A stretch of 63,286 bases of DNA, filler included, from Octopus bimaculoides (taxonomy: Eukaryota), in assembly GCF_001194135.2 (NCBI RefSeq). It is 5 parts of 5 records of this genome, joined end to end, with 100 filler letters (N's around TTAATTAATTAA, not from the genome) between each part and the next. Parts side by side here need not be neighbours in the genome. Positions count along the whole stretch, not along the records: positions 36,734 to 47,382 come from NC_068991.1; positions 47,483 to 54,047 come from NC_068985.1; 3 more parts are not named here. One strand, given 5' to 3'. Positions 37,575-48,890 of this stretch are shown one piece after another (position 1 is the stretch's first letter; each line of letters begins with the position of its first letter). Below the pieces are notes generated by a model that saw only the letters and a list, made by a program, of their open reading frames with translations, did no database searches and was not told the origin of the DNA. Position numbers and translations under genes: made by a program.

Positions 37575-37850
37575 GGAGGCGCGTGGCTTAGTCGATAGGG
37601 TGTTGGACTCGTGTTCCTAAGATTGTGGTTTCGATTCCCGGACCATGCAATACGTTGCGTGTTTTTTTTTTGTTTTGTCTTTTTAACAAGTCACTTCCTT
37701 TCACGTTGCTCCAGTCCACTCAGCTGCCAAAAATGAATAATCCTTCAACAGGCCGGCGTCTCGTCCAGGTGGCGGGGGAGTATATACGCCATTGAAACCG
37801 GGAAAGCGGCTCTCATGAGCCTGGCATGGCTCGAGAAGGAAGCATTTGTT
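37575..37850 (+). mobile_element. SINE family B
   Basis: GGAGGCGCGTGGCTTAGTCGATAGGGTGTTGGACTC...GGTTTCGATTCCCGGACC, then TTTCACGTTGCTCCAGTCCACTCAGCTG. Confidence 0.8.
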
Positions 37851-37852
37851 AT

Positions 37853-38455
37853 TTTATTACCTCCGCCTTAGCGAAGGTGGAGATATTGTTTCCATTCATG
37901 TTTGTTTGTTTGTCCTTGGACACGATATCTCAAGAACCACTAAATGGATTCAGATGAAACTTTCAGTGATGTTTGGCCTTGTCACTGGCACGAACTGATC
38001 CAATTTTGGGATCGACCCGGTACAGGACAAGGATTCTGGACAATTTTGTTATATTTATTTTACTTTACATGATTACGGTCTTACGTTCACATTCAAGTCT
38101 TTCTCAATTATCTCCCTTTACGCTGTAACTATTTTGAATGGCAAATTTGTTAACTTTGGCTTGTATTAGATAAGGCTACATTATTCATTACTGTTACTAA
38201 ATTTTCTACAGCTACCTTCACATTCCATGGCCACCATTGGGATCGATCCAGCACCGAACAAGGATTCTGAACTGTCTTTCCTGTGTTTTTTACTTAAATT
38301 TTGAGTGCGGTCGGATCCATTTTTAATATTCACGTTTGTGAGAGCAGTCGTGTTTATTTCAGATATTCTCATTTTAAAATTAATCTCTGGTTAATCGTTG
38401 AGAGGACGTAGGCGTGGCCTTGGCGGAGGTTCGTGTTTTCTGGGTACTCTTGTTT
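37853..38455 (+). mobile_element. HINE/DINE-1-like element, long variant
   Basis: 5' TTATTACCTCCGCCTTAGCGAAGGTGGAG and 3' GGCCTTGGCGGAGGTTCG...CTCTTGTTT. Colinear with 24795-25180 apart from about 230 bp of extra internal sequence. Confidence 0.72.
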
Positions 38456-38627
38456 ATATATGGTTTTCACATTTTGATACGAGGCCAAAAATTTCGATAA
38501 GTCGATTACATCGATACCAGCACTCAACTGATACTTATTTTATCGGACTCTTTTGCCGAACCGCTGGTTTGCAGGGACGTAGACACACTAACATCGGTTG
38601 TCAAGCGATGGTTGGGGAGCGAAAAAC

Positions 38628-38683
<56 letters not shown>

Positions 38684-38802
38684 NNNNNNNNNNNNNNNNN
38701 NNNNNNNNNNNNNNNNNNNNNNNNNNNGGGAAGCAAGCTTCTTATTACGAAGCCACTTCTGCGCCTGCATTTTTAATTAAGAGAAAATGTTGTGCCAAAC
38801 AA

Positions 38803-39137
38803 GGCGGCGAGCTGGCAGAATCGTTAGCACGCCGGGCGAAATGCTTAGCGATATTTCGTCTACCGTTACGTTCTGAGTTCAAATTCCGCCAAGGTCGACT
38901 TTGTCTTTCATCCATTCGGGGTCGATTAAATAAGTACCAGTTATGCCCTGGAATCGATATAATCAACTTAATCCGTTTGTCTGTCCTTGTTTGTACCCTC
39001 TGTGTGTAGCCCCCTGTGGGCAGTAAAAAAATAAGAAACGTTAGCACGCCGGGCGAAATGCTTAGCGGTATTTCGTTTGCCGTTACGCACTGGAGTCGAT
39101 GTAATCGACTTAATTCCTTTATCTGTCCTTGTTTGTA
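38803..39137 (+). mobile_element. SINE family A dimer
   Basis: Intact head at 38803, long tail, junction ATAAG|AAACGTTAGCACGCC at about 39035. The second unit is deleted between two GTTACG hexamers. Confidence 0.9.
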
Positions 39138-39203
39138 TGTATCTATGTATGTGCAGATTTCTGTGTTTTATGTATGTATTCTCATGCATATAGTTACATA
39201 TGT

Positions 39204-39440
39204 AGACATGCTCATATATATTTAAATGATAAACTTCTGGAGAGTTTTACAGATTTTTACAGTTCCAGTGATCGATTGGATCTGTAGTCTTCGAATTAGC
39301 TTTCTCCTTTCTGGTTTCGAGAAGGCTAATTTCTCAAGATTGGTATTTAGGCAGTGTGTTACATATGTCAGTGCCCCAATAATTACTGGTATAAACCTGA
39401 ACTTGTACCTGTGTATGTATGTCAGTTTCTATGTTTGTAC

Positions 39441-39484
<44 letters not shown>

Positions 39485-40175
39485 GTTTGCGTGTTTGAGT
39501 TGCTTAATTATCTATATGCAAAATGCAGGTCAATTAGTGCATAGTTGGTTTAATTTGAGTAATTTAGAAATGTGACCCACTTAATTATAAAGTCATTAAG
39601 TCGTTTTCACAACTTCTCCTTTTATTACCAAATTTTGCTGGCAGCTAGCCCTTACGTAAAATGGATTCATTCTACAAAGAAATATGTGTACGTGTAAGTA
39701 TGTATGTACGTATACATGTGTCTATGAATGAATTACTGTTTATGTATATGTAAATATATATGTGCATATACATATGCGTAAATATATATTCATATGTATT
39801 TAAAGATATATATATATATANNNNNNNNNNNNNNNNNNNNNNNNNNNNNNNNNNNNNNNNNNNNNNNNNNNNNNNNNNNNNNNNNNNNNNNNNNNNNNNN
39901 NNNNNNNNNNNNNNNNNNNNNNNNNNNNNNNNNNNNNNNNNNNNNNNNNNNNNNNNNNNNNNNNNNNNNNNNNNNNNNNNNNNNNNNNNNNNNNNNNNNN
40001 NNNNNNNNNNNNNNNNNNNNNNNNNNNNNNNNNNNNNNNNNNNNNNNNNNNNNNNNNNNNNNNNNNNNNNNNNNNNNNNNAGACATGCTCATATATATTC
40101 AAATTATAAACTTCAGGAAAGTTTTATAGATTTTTACAGTTCCAGTGATGGATTGATCTGTAGTCTTCGAATAGC
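39204..40175 (+). repeat. Two ~95-bp diverged copies (39204-39300 and 40081-40175) of one repeat
   Basis: AGACATGCTCATATATATT...AAACTTC.GGA.AGTTTTA.AGATTTTTACAGTTCCAGTGAT.GATTG.ATCTGTAGTCTTCGAAT occurs twice with several mismatches. Confidence 0.85.
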
Positions 40176-40275
40176 TTTGTGTGTATGTATGTATGTATGT
40201 ATGTATGTATGTATGTATGCATATCTGTATGTATGTATGTATGTATGTATATATGTATGTGTGTATGTATGCATG

Positions 40276-40309
<34 letters not shown>

Positions 40310-40489
40310 TGTATGTATGCATTAAGTCATGAGCACAGAAAGAAAACCATGCAAGAGGGACAAATAACAAAATTTGATGTGGTTAACACTTAGTATGAAT
40401 GGAAAGAGTTTCGAAGTTTCGGATGCTAGTCTTTCTTTAGAAAAACTTAAGAATGAGAAGACGTGACAGAAAAAATTAAAAGAATGAGT

Positions 40490-40990
40490 AAAGACTATTG
40501 GGCTACTTTTGAATACGATTCAGTGGAGGTGTTAGGAATGGCGGATTCTGGTTTATGCATATATTTAAGGAAATCGGTGCATAGAAATGAGCGTAGACAT
40601 GTGTGTGGTGGTATGGGATGCCAGTGGGTTTTGGGGATGTGTAGAGGCATGTGGAAGTGTATGCAATCGAGCAAGTGTACTGGGGGTTGCCGGAAGATGT
40701 TGCATAGGAGTAGTCGCTTCGGGTATGAGAGGAAGGCGTGAAGTGGAGGTGAATGAGGCGGGAGACGGTGGTGAATTGAAGGTGAAGGGAAAAGGAACAC
40801 AGGTGTTTAAGAAAAAGATATATATGTAACCACAAAATGTAACCACATGTGAATCGTTGGCGATTTTCTTCCTTTCTATTGGACTTTCTTCTGTTTCCGA
40901 AGAAGAGCGTCTGCTCGAAACGTTAAATCATCTTTCTTTCATTCTCTGAGCGTCTGTTAATAATTTACATGTACCACGTCCTCGCGTTGT
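40490..40990 (+). mobile_element. Possible Penelope-like element end
   Basis: Purine/GT-rich block followed by the motif GAAGAAGAGCGTCTGCTCGAAACGTT, typical of PLE terminal repeats (recalled). No RT or GIY-YIG coding visible. Confidence 0.4.
40893..40930 (+). ncRNA. Minimal hammerhead-ribozyme-like motif
   Basis: UUU-CCGAAGA(40897-40903)-A-[GAGC gucu GCUC]-GAAA(40917-40920)-CG-UU-AAA. Palindromic stem III ACGU and stem I UUU/AAA. The core has C in place of the conserved U4. Confidence 0.45.
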
Positions 40991-41026
40991 TGTGTTTTTG
41001 TGTTTGTTCTTCCTTTCTGGATTTAC

Positions 41027-41059
<33 letters not shown>

Positions 41060-42599
41060 ATTTGGTAAAAAATATAGTATCTGTTAACAATCTTAGCAAA
41101 AANNNNNNNNNNNNNNNNNNNNNNNNNNNNNNNNNNNNNNNNNNNNNNNNNNNNNNNNNNNNNNNNNNNNNNNNNNNNNNNNNNNNNNNNNNNNNNNNNN
41201 NNNNNNNNNNNNNNNNNNNNNNNNNNNNNNNNNNNNNNNNNNNNNNNNNNNNNNNNNNNNNNNNNNNNNNNNNNNNNNNNNNNNNNNNNNNNNNNNNNNN
41301 NNNNNNNNNNNNNNNNNNNNNNNNNNNNNNNNNNNNNNNNNNNNNNNNNNNNNNNNNNNNNNNNNNNNNNNNNNNNNNNNNNNNNNNNNNNNNNNNNNNN
41401 NNNNNNNNNNNNNNNNNNNNNNNNNNNNNNNNNNNNNNNNNNNNNNNNNNNNNNNNNNNNNNNNNNNNNNNNNNNNNNNNNNNNNNNNNNNNNNNNNNNN
41501 NNNNNNNNNNNNNNNNNNNNNNNNNNNNNNNNNNNNNNNNNNNNNNNNNNNNNNNNNNNNNNNNNNNNNNNNNNNNNNNNNNNNNNNNNNNNNNNNNNNN
41601 NNNNNNNNNNNNNNNNNNNNNNNNNNNNNNNNNNNNNNNNNNNNNNNNNNNNNNNNNNNNNNNNNNNNNNNNNNNNNNNNNNNNNNNNNNNNNNNNNNNN
41701 NNNNNNNNNNNNNNNNNNNNTATATATATACATATAATTCATACATGGATACACAGAAGCATAAATGCGAGCATACATGCATACCTATGTGATATGATGG
41801 TAGTCTCTCGCTTTCTGATAAAAGACGGTTCTGCTAATATTTTCTTAAAATGCTACACAAACGGTTTGTCTTATAGTGATCAAATATTTGTGTTGTAAGT
41901 TAGCTCAATCCTTGCAGCAAATCGACGTTGTCTGAAGAGGTGCACACTGCGTCACATGTCAGATGTCGTTGTTATCAGAGGATAACGTGAAATGAAGCGT
42001 TTTGCACGAGAACACAGCGCACAACCCGCTCTAGGAATTGAAAGCGCGAACTCGCAGCAGTGAGTACAACACAGTAGCCACCAAGCCATGAACCATCAAA
42101 TGTATATACATACATACATACATACATACATACATACATACATACAGGAAATACGCACATACATACAAACATATATATATANNNNNNNNNNNNNNNNNNN
42201 NNNNNNNNNNNNNNNNNNNNNNNNNNNNNNNNNNNNNNNNNNNNNNNNNNNNNNNNNNNNNNNNNNNNNNNNNNNNNNNNNATTACATTCGTCATTTGAG
42301 TTTCTTGCCGTGGCGTAGGCTCGACAGGTTCTTTGGACAGTAGTAGTTCTGGGCTTTTCTTCAAAACATCTGCCTCCGCCACTGCTAGGTTTTTAGACAA
42401 TATATTAAGCAGCTATTGACCCTTAAAACTCTACCTGGTCCTCAAGAGTCACAAACACCTCGTCGGGAATTTGTATTACTCTCGATACCAATGTCTGGGG
42501 GTTAGATCCTCCTGGATCTTCCATATATGGATAGTTGCTTTTATGTCAAGTTATATAGAAAAATAATTAACATTAAACTGAAGTGATGTAGAAGTAATG

Positions 42600-42800
42600 C
42601 AGCGAACTGGCAGAATCTTAAGAATCCCGAGCAAAATGATTAACGGCATTTCGTCCGTCTTTACGTTCAAATTCCGATGATTTTGCCTTTCATCCTTTCG
42701 GGGTTGGCAAAATAAGCACCATTGTAGCCTTGGAGTCGATGTAATTGACTTACCCCCTACCATCATTACTGGTCTTGTGCCAGTATTTGAAATTATGGGC
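42600..42800 (+). mobile_element. SINE family A
   Basis: GCGAACTGGCAGAATCTTAAG...TTTGCCTTTCATCCTTTCGGGG...GGAGTCGATGTAATTGAC. Confidence 0.8.
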
Positions 42801-43013
42801 CAAGACTTTCGTGCGTTCGACCATTGAGTAGTCTGCTACTTCTGCCAGCCATCAACAGAAACTGTACGTACTCATGTTTTGAGTTCTTTTTCTCCTGTTT
42901 GCATCGTCAAACCTGAACAAAGTGTAATATCAATTAGGACCGCACCTTCATTAGTATATTGTTGTGAGCTAACTCAAGTATGTAATCTGTGTTGTATGTT
43001 AATACATGTATGC

Positions 43014-43073
<60 letters not shown>

Positions 43074-43154
43074 NNNNNNNNNNNNNNNNNNNNNNNNNNN
43101 NNNNNNNNNNNNNNNNNNNNNNNNNNNNNNNNNNNNNNNNNNNNTCTCTCTTTC

Positions 43155-43200
<46 letters not shown>

Positions 43201-43599
43201 TATATATGTATATATATGTATATACATATATATATACATACATACATACATAACAAAAACTGACGAATAGGTTATCTGGTATCGCTACAATTGTTTGATT
43301 AGGATTTTTTTTTTTTATTTAACAGAAGCATAAGGCAATTAGTTAAATTTTGTAACGCGTTGCATAACTCCCAACTCATCAGGCAATCAGGTAAACAGGT
43401 GAGCAATGACTTGTTGATTAATCAATAGATTATCAACGAGTGAAATTTCTGAACAGAATACCAACATTTAAGAAATTTAGGCTGCTTATTGATATATGTC
43501 TTAACATTAGGTGGACAAGAAGAGATAACGTTTATTGTCTGTCTGTTAATTTTTTTTTTTATTGTATCTATGGATCTTAGGGAAGTGGATTTATACTAA

Positions 43600-43794
43600 G
43601 TGCAAGATTCTTCATCATCATAGTCGCCATATTGCCACTATCATCATTATTATTTTCATCATTGTCTATACCACCACCACCACCACCACTACCACCATTA
43701 CTGCCTACACCTTCACTAACAACGACGTCTCCATCTCGATCACAACCACCATTCTCATCGCCATTTTCATCAGCATCGTCATTAGCCATCACTC

Positions 43795-43834
<40 letters not shown>

Positions 43835-44094
43835 AATCGTCATTACCACCATCATCATCAACATGATTACCACTATCATCGTCATCATCAACATCATCAT
43901 CACCATCAAAAGCTGCTATCACAATCATCATTATCACCATGAACATTATGTTCCACCACGATCGCTACCACCAACACCACCACCACTAAAAAGAAAAATT
44001 ATTATTATTATTATTATTATTATCATTATTATTATTATTATTATTATTATCATTATTATTATTATTATCATCATTATTATTATTATTATTATTA

Positions 44095-44128
<34 letters not shown>

Positions 44129-45010
44129 AAACTTCACCGTCATTACCGTCATCGCTATTGCCGCCGTCTCGGAGCACCGCTTGCATCTTCATCCTCCTCC
44201 TCATCGTCATCATCATGATCACTACCTCTAACAACACCACCATCACCACCAACGTCATAACCATCATCATCGTCGTCGTCGTCGTCGTCTCCAGCGCCAC
44301 CAACATCTTTTATATCATCGTCATCGTTATCATAGTCTCAGCCACTTCTACCACCGCCACCGCGTCACCGCCGCCGACGTCACCATCAATGCCATCATCA
44401 TCCTCATCATGCATGCACCTTGACATTAAAATCATTAATCAGCAACGTTTAACACTTTACTTAGAGAGAAGAACCTTTAAAAATAATCATGGCGAAATAG
44501 ATTTGAAAAAAAAAAAAGGACACAGCATACACCAGAACGACAACAACGACAACTGCAATCACAATACTAACAACAATGACGTCAATAAGACTACCAGCAA
44601 CAACAACAGTCACAATACTAGCTACAACAACAAGATATCAAAGAGACCAAGAATAACAACTAATAGAGCGGGAGCAACAACAAGAATAACACAAACAATG
44701 ACATCAAGGACAGCACCACCAACACCACCAGAGCCACCACCAGAGCCACCACCGGAGCTACCACCACCTCCACCGTCATCAACAACAACAACAATTATAT
44801 CGATAAACTCAACAACAAGAACAACAATACAACAGCGGCTACGGAAAAAAAATGGACGCCGTCAACGACGCTGACGTTAAAAAATATGACAAGGAGATCA
44901 GCAACAACAACAACAACAACAACAACAATAACAACAAAAACACGAACAGCAACATCAAGGACACGAACAATGTCACCGACAACAACAATTGTATCAATAA
45001 CAACAACAAT
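43600..45010. repeat. 1.4-kb mosaic of trinucleotide simple repeats (CAT/CAC/TAT/CGT/AAC)
   Basis: Successive imperfect triplet tracts giving poly-H, I, T, M and N pseudo-ORFs in several frames on both strands. Confidence 0.9.
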
Positions 45011-45356
45011 AATACAAACAAGTCAGGTCAATGATGTAGAAACAAAAATTAATCGCGCGATAATTTAACCTGGCTGACCTTGGATCTTTAGAATAACTAC
45101 AGCCTCGTTTTCAATCTTAACTGTCCTCAACGGTTTCTTTCTGAATTTCTGTTTTTCTTATCTATCTGTCTACCTGCATGCCTATCTAACTGTGTATTTA
45201 TCTATCTATTTCTCTGTTTGTCCATCTGTCCATCTGACTATCTATCTATTCATTTATCTATCTATCTCTGTATATATACGAGTATAGATAAGTAGATAGA
45301 TAACTTTCTTTTATTAGCCACACAGGGCTGCACACAGAGGGGACAAATACAAAAAG

Positions 45357-45416
<60 letters not shown>

Positions 45417-46929
45417 CAGACAGATACATACATACATGCATACATACATACATGCATACATACATACAGACATACATAAACACACGGATATATATATACG
45501 TGTATCTATATTAATGTATATAAATAGATATACCTATATCTATCTGTCTACCTTTCTCTCTCTCTTTCCTCCCTCTTTCTTTCTTTATATAAATATATAT
45601 ATATATATANNNNNNNNNNNNNNNNNNNNNNNNNNNNNNNNNNNNNNNNNNNNNNNNNNNNNNNNNNNNNNNNNNNNNNNNNNNNNNNNNNNNNNNNNNN
45701 NNNNNNNNNNNNNNNNNNNNNNNNNNNNNNNNNNNNNNNNNNNNNNNNNNNNNNNNNNNNNNNNNNNNNNNNNNNNNNNNNNNNNNNNNNNNNNNNNNNN
45801 NNNNNNNNNNNNNNNNNNNNNNNNNNNNNNNNNNNNNNNNNNNNNNNNNNNNNNNNNNNNNNNNNNNNNNNNNNNNNNNNNNNNNNNNNNNNNNNNNNNN
45901 NNNNNNNNNNNNNNNNNNNNNNNNNNNNNNNNNNNNNNNNNNNNNNNNNNNNNNNNNNNNNNNNNNNNNNNNNNNNNNNNNNNNNNNNNNNNNNNNNNNN
46001 NNNNNNNNNNNNNNNNNNNNNNNNNNNNNNNNNNNNNNNNNNNNNNNNNNNNNNNNNNNNNNNNNNNNNNNNNNNNNNNNNNNNNNNNNNNNNNNNNNNN
46101 NNNNNNNNNNNNNNNNNNNNNNNNNNNNNNNNNNNNNNNNNNNNNNNNNNNNNNNNNNNNNNNNNNNNNNNNNNNNNNNNNNNNNNNNNNNNNNNNNNNN
46201 NNNNNNNNNNNNNNNNNNNNNNNNNNNNNNNNNNNNNNNNNNNNNNNNNNNNNNNNNNNNNNNNNNNNNNNNNNNNNNNNNNNNNNNNNNNNNNNNNNNN
46301 NNNNNNNNNNNNNNNNNNNNNNNNNNNNNNNNNNNNNNNNNNNNNNNNNNNNNNNNNNNNNNNNNNNNNNNNNNNNNNNNNNNNNNNNNNNNNNNNNNNN
46401 NNNNNNNNNNNNNNNNNNNNNNNNNNNNNNNNNNNNNNNNNNNNNNNNNNNNNNNNNNNNNNNNNNNNNNNNNNNNNNNNNNNNNNNNNNNNNNNNNNNN
46501 NNNNNNNNNNNNNNNNNNNNNNNNNNNNNNNNNNNNNNNNNNNNNNNNNNNNNNNNNNNNNNNNNNNNNNNNNNNNNNNNNNNNNNNNNNNNNNNNAAGT
46601 AAATGAGTATATGCATATATACGTACAGGTATGTGCATACCGACATCCACCTGTATGTATAGGTGCATATCTGGGTACAGGACATTGCACACAAACGTAG
46701 ACGAGAACACACGAGCCACATAGAGAACATTCTACTTCTTCAGCTACCCACGTTTTAACATGAATTTGTGCCTGTATTTCTGCACAGACATTACATTATG
46801 CTTGTATATGTAGGCTTATGAGCTCGCTACCATACATGCGTAGTGCGTGCTCAATCTTCACAGATGATTGCCGTCTCATCAATGGCATTTCTGACGTTTC
46901 GTCCATGACCTCTCAGATTACAATTCAGT

Positions 46930-47240
46930 GCCGTTGCCAAACAGACCGATAGAATAAGTACTAGGCTGACAAAGAACAAACCCTGGGGTCGATTTGTTCG
47001 ACTAAAAGACGATGCTCCAACATGACCGCAGTCATCAGGTACTGGTCCGAATGCATTTCATCTGACGCTCTAGCGACTCAGCCATTATATGTGTGTCTGG
47101 CAAAGGCAAATACACATGTAATGGCCTTTCATCCTTTCGCGGTTGATATAATATGGTACCAGTCACGCACTGGGGTCGATGTAACCGACTAGAACCCTTC
47201 ACCCAAAGATTTTCAAGGCCCTCTACGTAGAATAGAAATG
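46930..47240 (+). mobile_element. Adjacent SINE family C tail and family A tail fragments
   Basis: GACCGATAGAATAAGTACTAGGC...GGTCGATTTGTTCGACTAAA and GCCTTTCATCCTTTCGCGG...CACTGGGGTCGATG. CpGs are intact. Confidence 0.75.
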
Positions 47241-47291
47241 ATTATACGTGTGTCTGTGTACATGTGTTTCTGTGTACATGTGTGTACACCT

Positions 47292-47333
<42 letters not shown>

Positions 47334-47484
47334 GTACACACACATATAATCATATATACTCGTAGATGATATGTATATATATNNNNNNNNNNNNNNNNNN
47401 NNNNNNNNNNNNNNNNNNNNNNNNNNTTAATTAATTAANNNNNNNNNNNNNNNNNNNNNNNNNNNNNNNNNNNNNNNNNNNNTT

Positions 47485-47890
47485 ATCTACCCTGGTACTA
47501 TCAACTCGGATAGCTGGTCCCTCTATTGGGTCGACATAAGGCAGGCTCTCTTTCTCCCATTCATTCTCTTTATTAAGCAATCTATCGTAGTGGCATCTCC
47601 AGACCTCTTTCTTTGCATCCTCATTTAATGCAAGCGTACCATCATCCATGCGAACCCATTTCTCTCCTACAACATCACTATTCTCTCTCCTACACTGTCT
47701 TGCAACACGAAATACCTCGAGTCTTTGGTCCTCACGGCGCAGAACATTGGCAAATCTTTCCTTATCTGCTTCCCCTCTGGCTAAATAAACCTGTCGCCTA
47801 GCCTCCCTTCTGGCACATTGGTACAATTCCCTGCCTTTTGGTATATCATTAATGATTGACAGACATCTTTCATCTGCTCCACAATCTCTG
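47485..47890 (-). mobile_element. RTE-clade LINE ORF2 fragment (APE-RT linker)
   Basis: Open minus frame: RELYQCARREARRQVYLARGEADKERFANVLRREDQRLEVFRVARQC...WRCHYDRLLNKENEWEKESLPYVDPIEGPAIRVDSTRVD, matching the W..HY..LLN and EGP..I motifs that precede RT domain 0. Truncated at a gap. Confidence 0.8.
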
Positions 47891-47908
47891 GATCTCATCT
47901 GTTGCCCC

Positions 47909-47947
<39 letters not shown>

Positions 47948-47952
47948 TTCTC

Positions 47953-47985
<33 letters not shown>

Positions 47986-48689
47986 TTCTCTCTGTCTGTT
48001 TCTCTCTCTCTCTCTTTTCATATATATATATTCTTTTATTCTTTTATTCTTTTACTTGTTTCAGTCATTTGATTGCAGCCATGCTGGAGCACAATTGTAA
48101 CCAACTTCAGATGAAAATTAATATGTACAATATTTCCTAAAAATTGTGGTAGAGGCCTTGGTCTCAGGACCACTCATGTCTAGAAACTGAGGTTGGGGGT
48201 TAGCAAGGGCATGATCCCCGTAGAAAATCCAGCTCCAAAAGAGCCTCATGATATCAAAGGTGAATGGGCACCAGCCAGCCAGCCTAAAGGTTGGAGTGGG
48301 CTGCACCTGCCTACCTTGGTTGCTGTGGCATTCAGTTAGATCCGGCCACCCCCATTAATGGAGACAAAACCCAGATTTAAAACACTGGATGGTGATAATG
48401 ATTATGATGAATATGTGTTGACCATTTAATTTCTCATAAAAGTGAAATATGGACAGTGAAGACAGAAACCTTGAAGAAAGAGAAAGAATGTGATATGAGT
48501 GGATGATATTTGGGGTATAAGCTTAGAAAGAAGTTTCAAGGTTTGTAAATTGGGGAAGAAATTGTGTATTTGAAAACTTGATACAAATCAAGATGTTAAA
48601 GATACATAGTTGGATAGTGTTGTTATGTTGAAATGGGTGGAATTGAAATTTAATATAAGATAAATCATGGTTGTTGCCAGTGTCATGTA

Positions 48690-48890
48690 AATGGCATCTG
48701 TGCCAGTGGCACATAAAAAGTACCCATTACACTTTCGAAGTGGTTGGTGTTAAGAAGGACAGGCATCCGGCTGTAGAAACCACACCAAGTCAAACTGAAA
48801 CGTGGTGCAGCTCTCTGGCTTAACAGTTCCAGTCAAACTGTCTAACCCATGCGAGCATGGAAAGCAGATGTAAAATTATGATGATGGCAA
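48690..48890 (+). mobile_element. RTE-type 3' tail (SINE or LINE end)
   Basis: GGCATCCGGCTGTAGAAACC...GTCAAACTGTCTAACCCATGCGAGCATGGAAAGCAGATGTAAAATTATGATGATG. The GGAAAGC(A/G)GA motif and (ATG)n end are shared with the 62820 element. Confidence 0.6.

Noticed and set aside
43562-45068. His-, Thr-, Pro- and Asn-rich ORFs (e.g. 44158-44874)
   Set aside because: Multiple overlapping frames on both strands are open because of triplet repeats; no unique domain or splice support.
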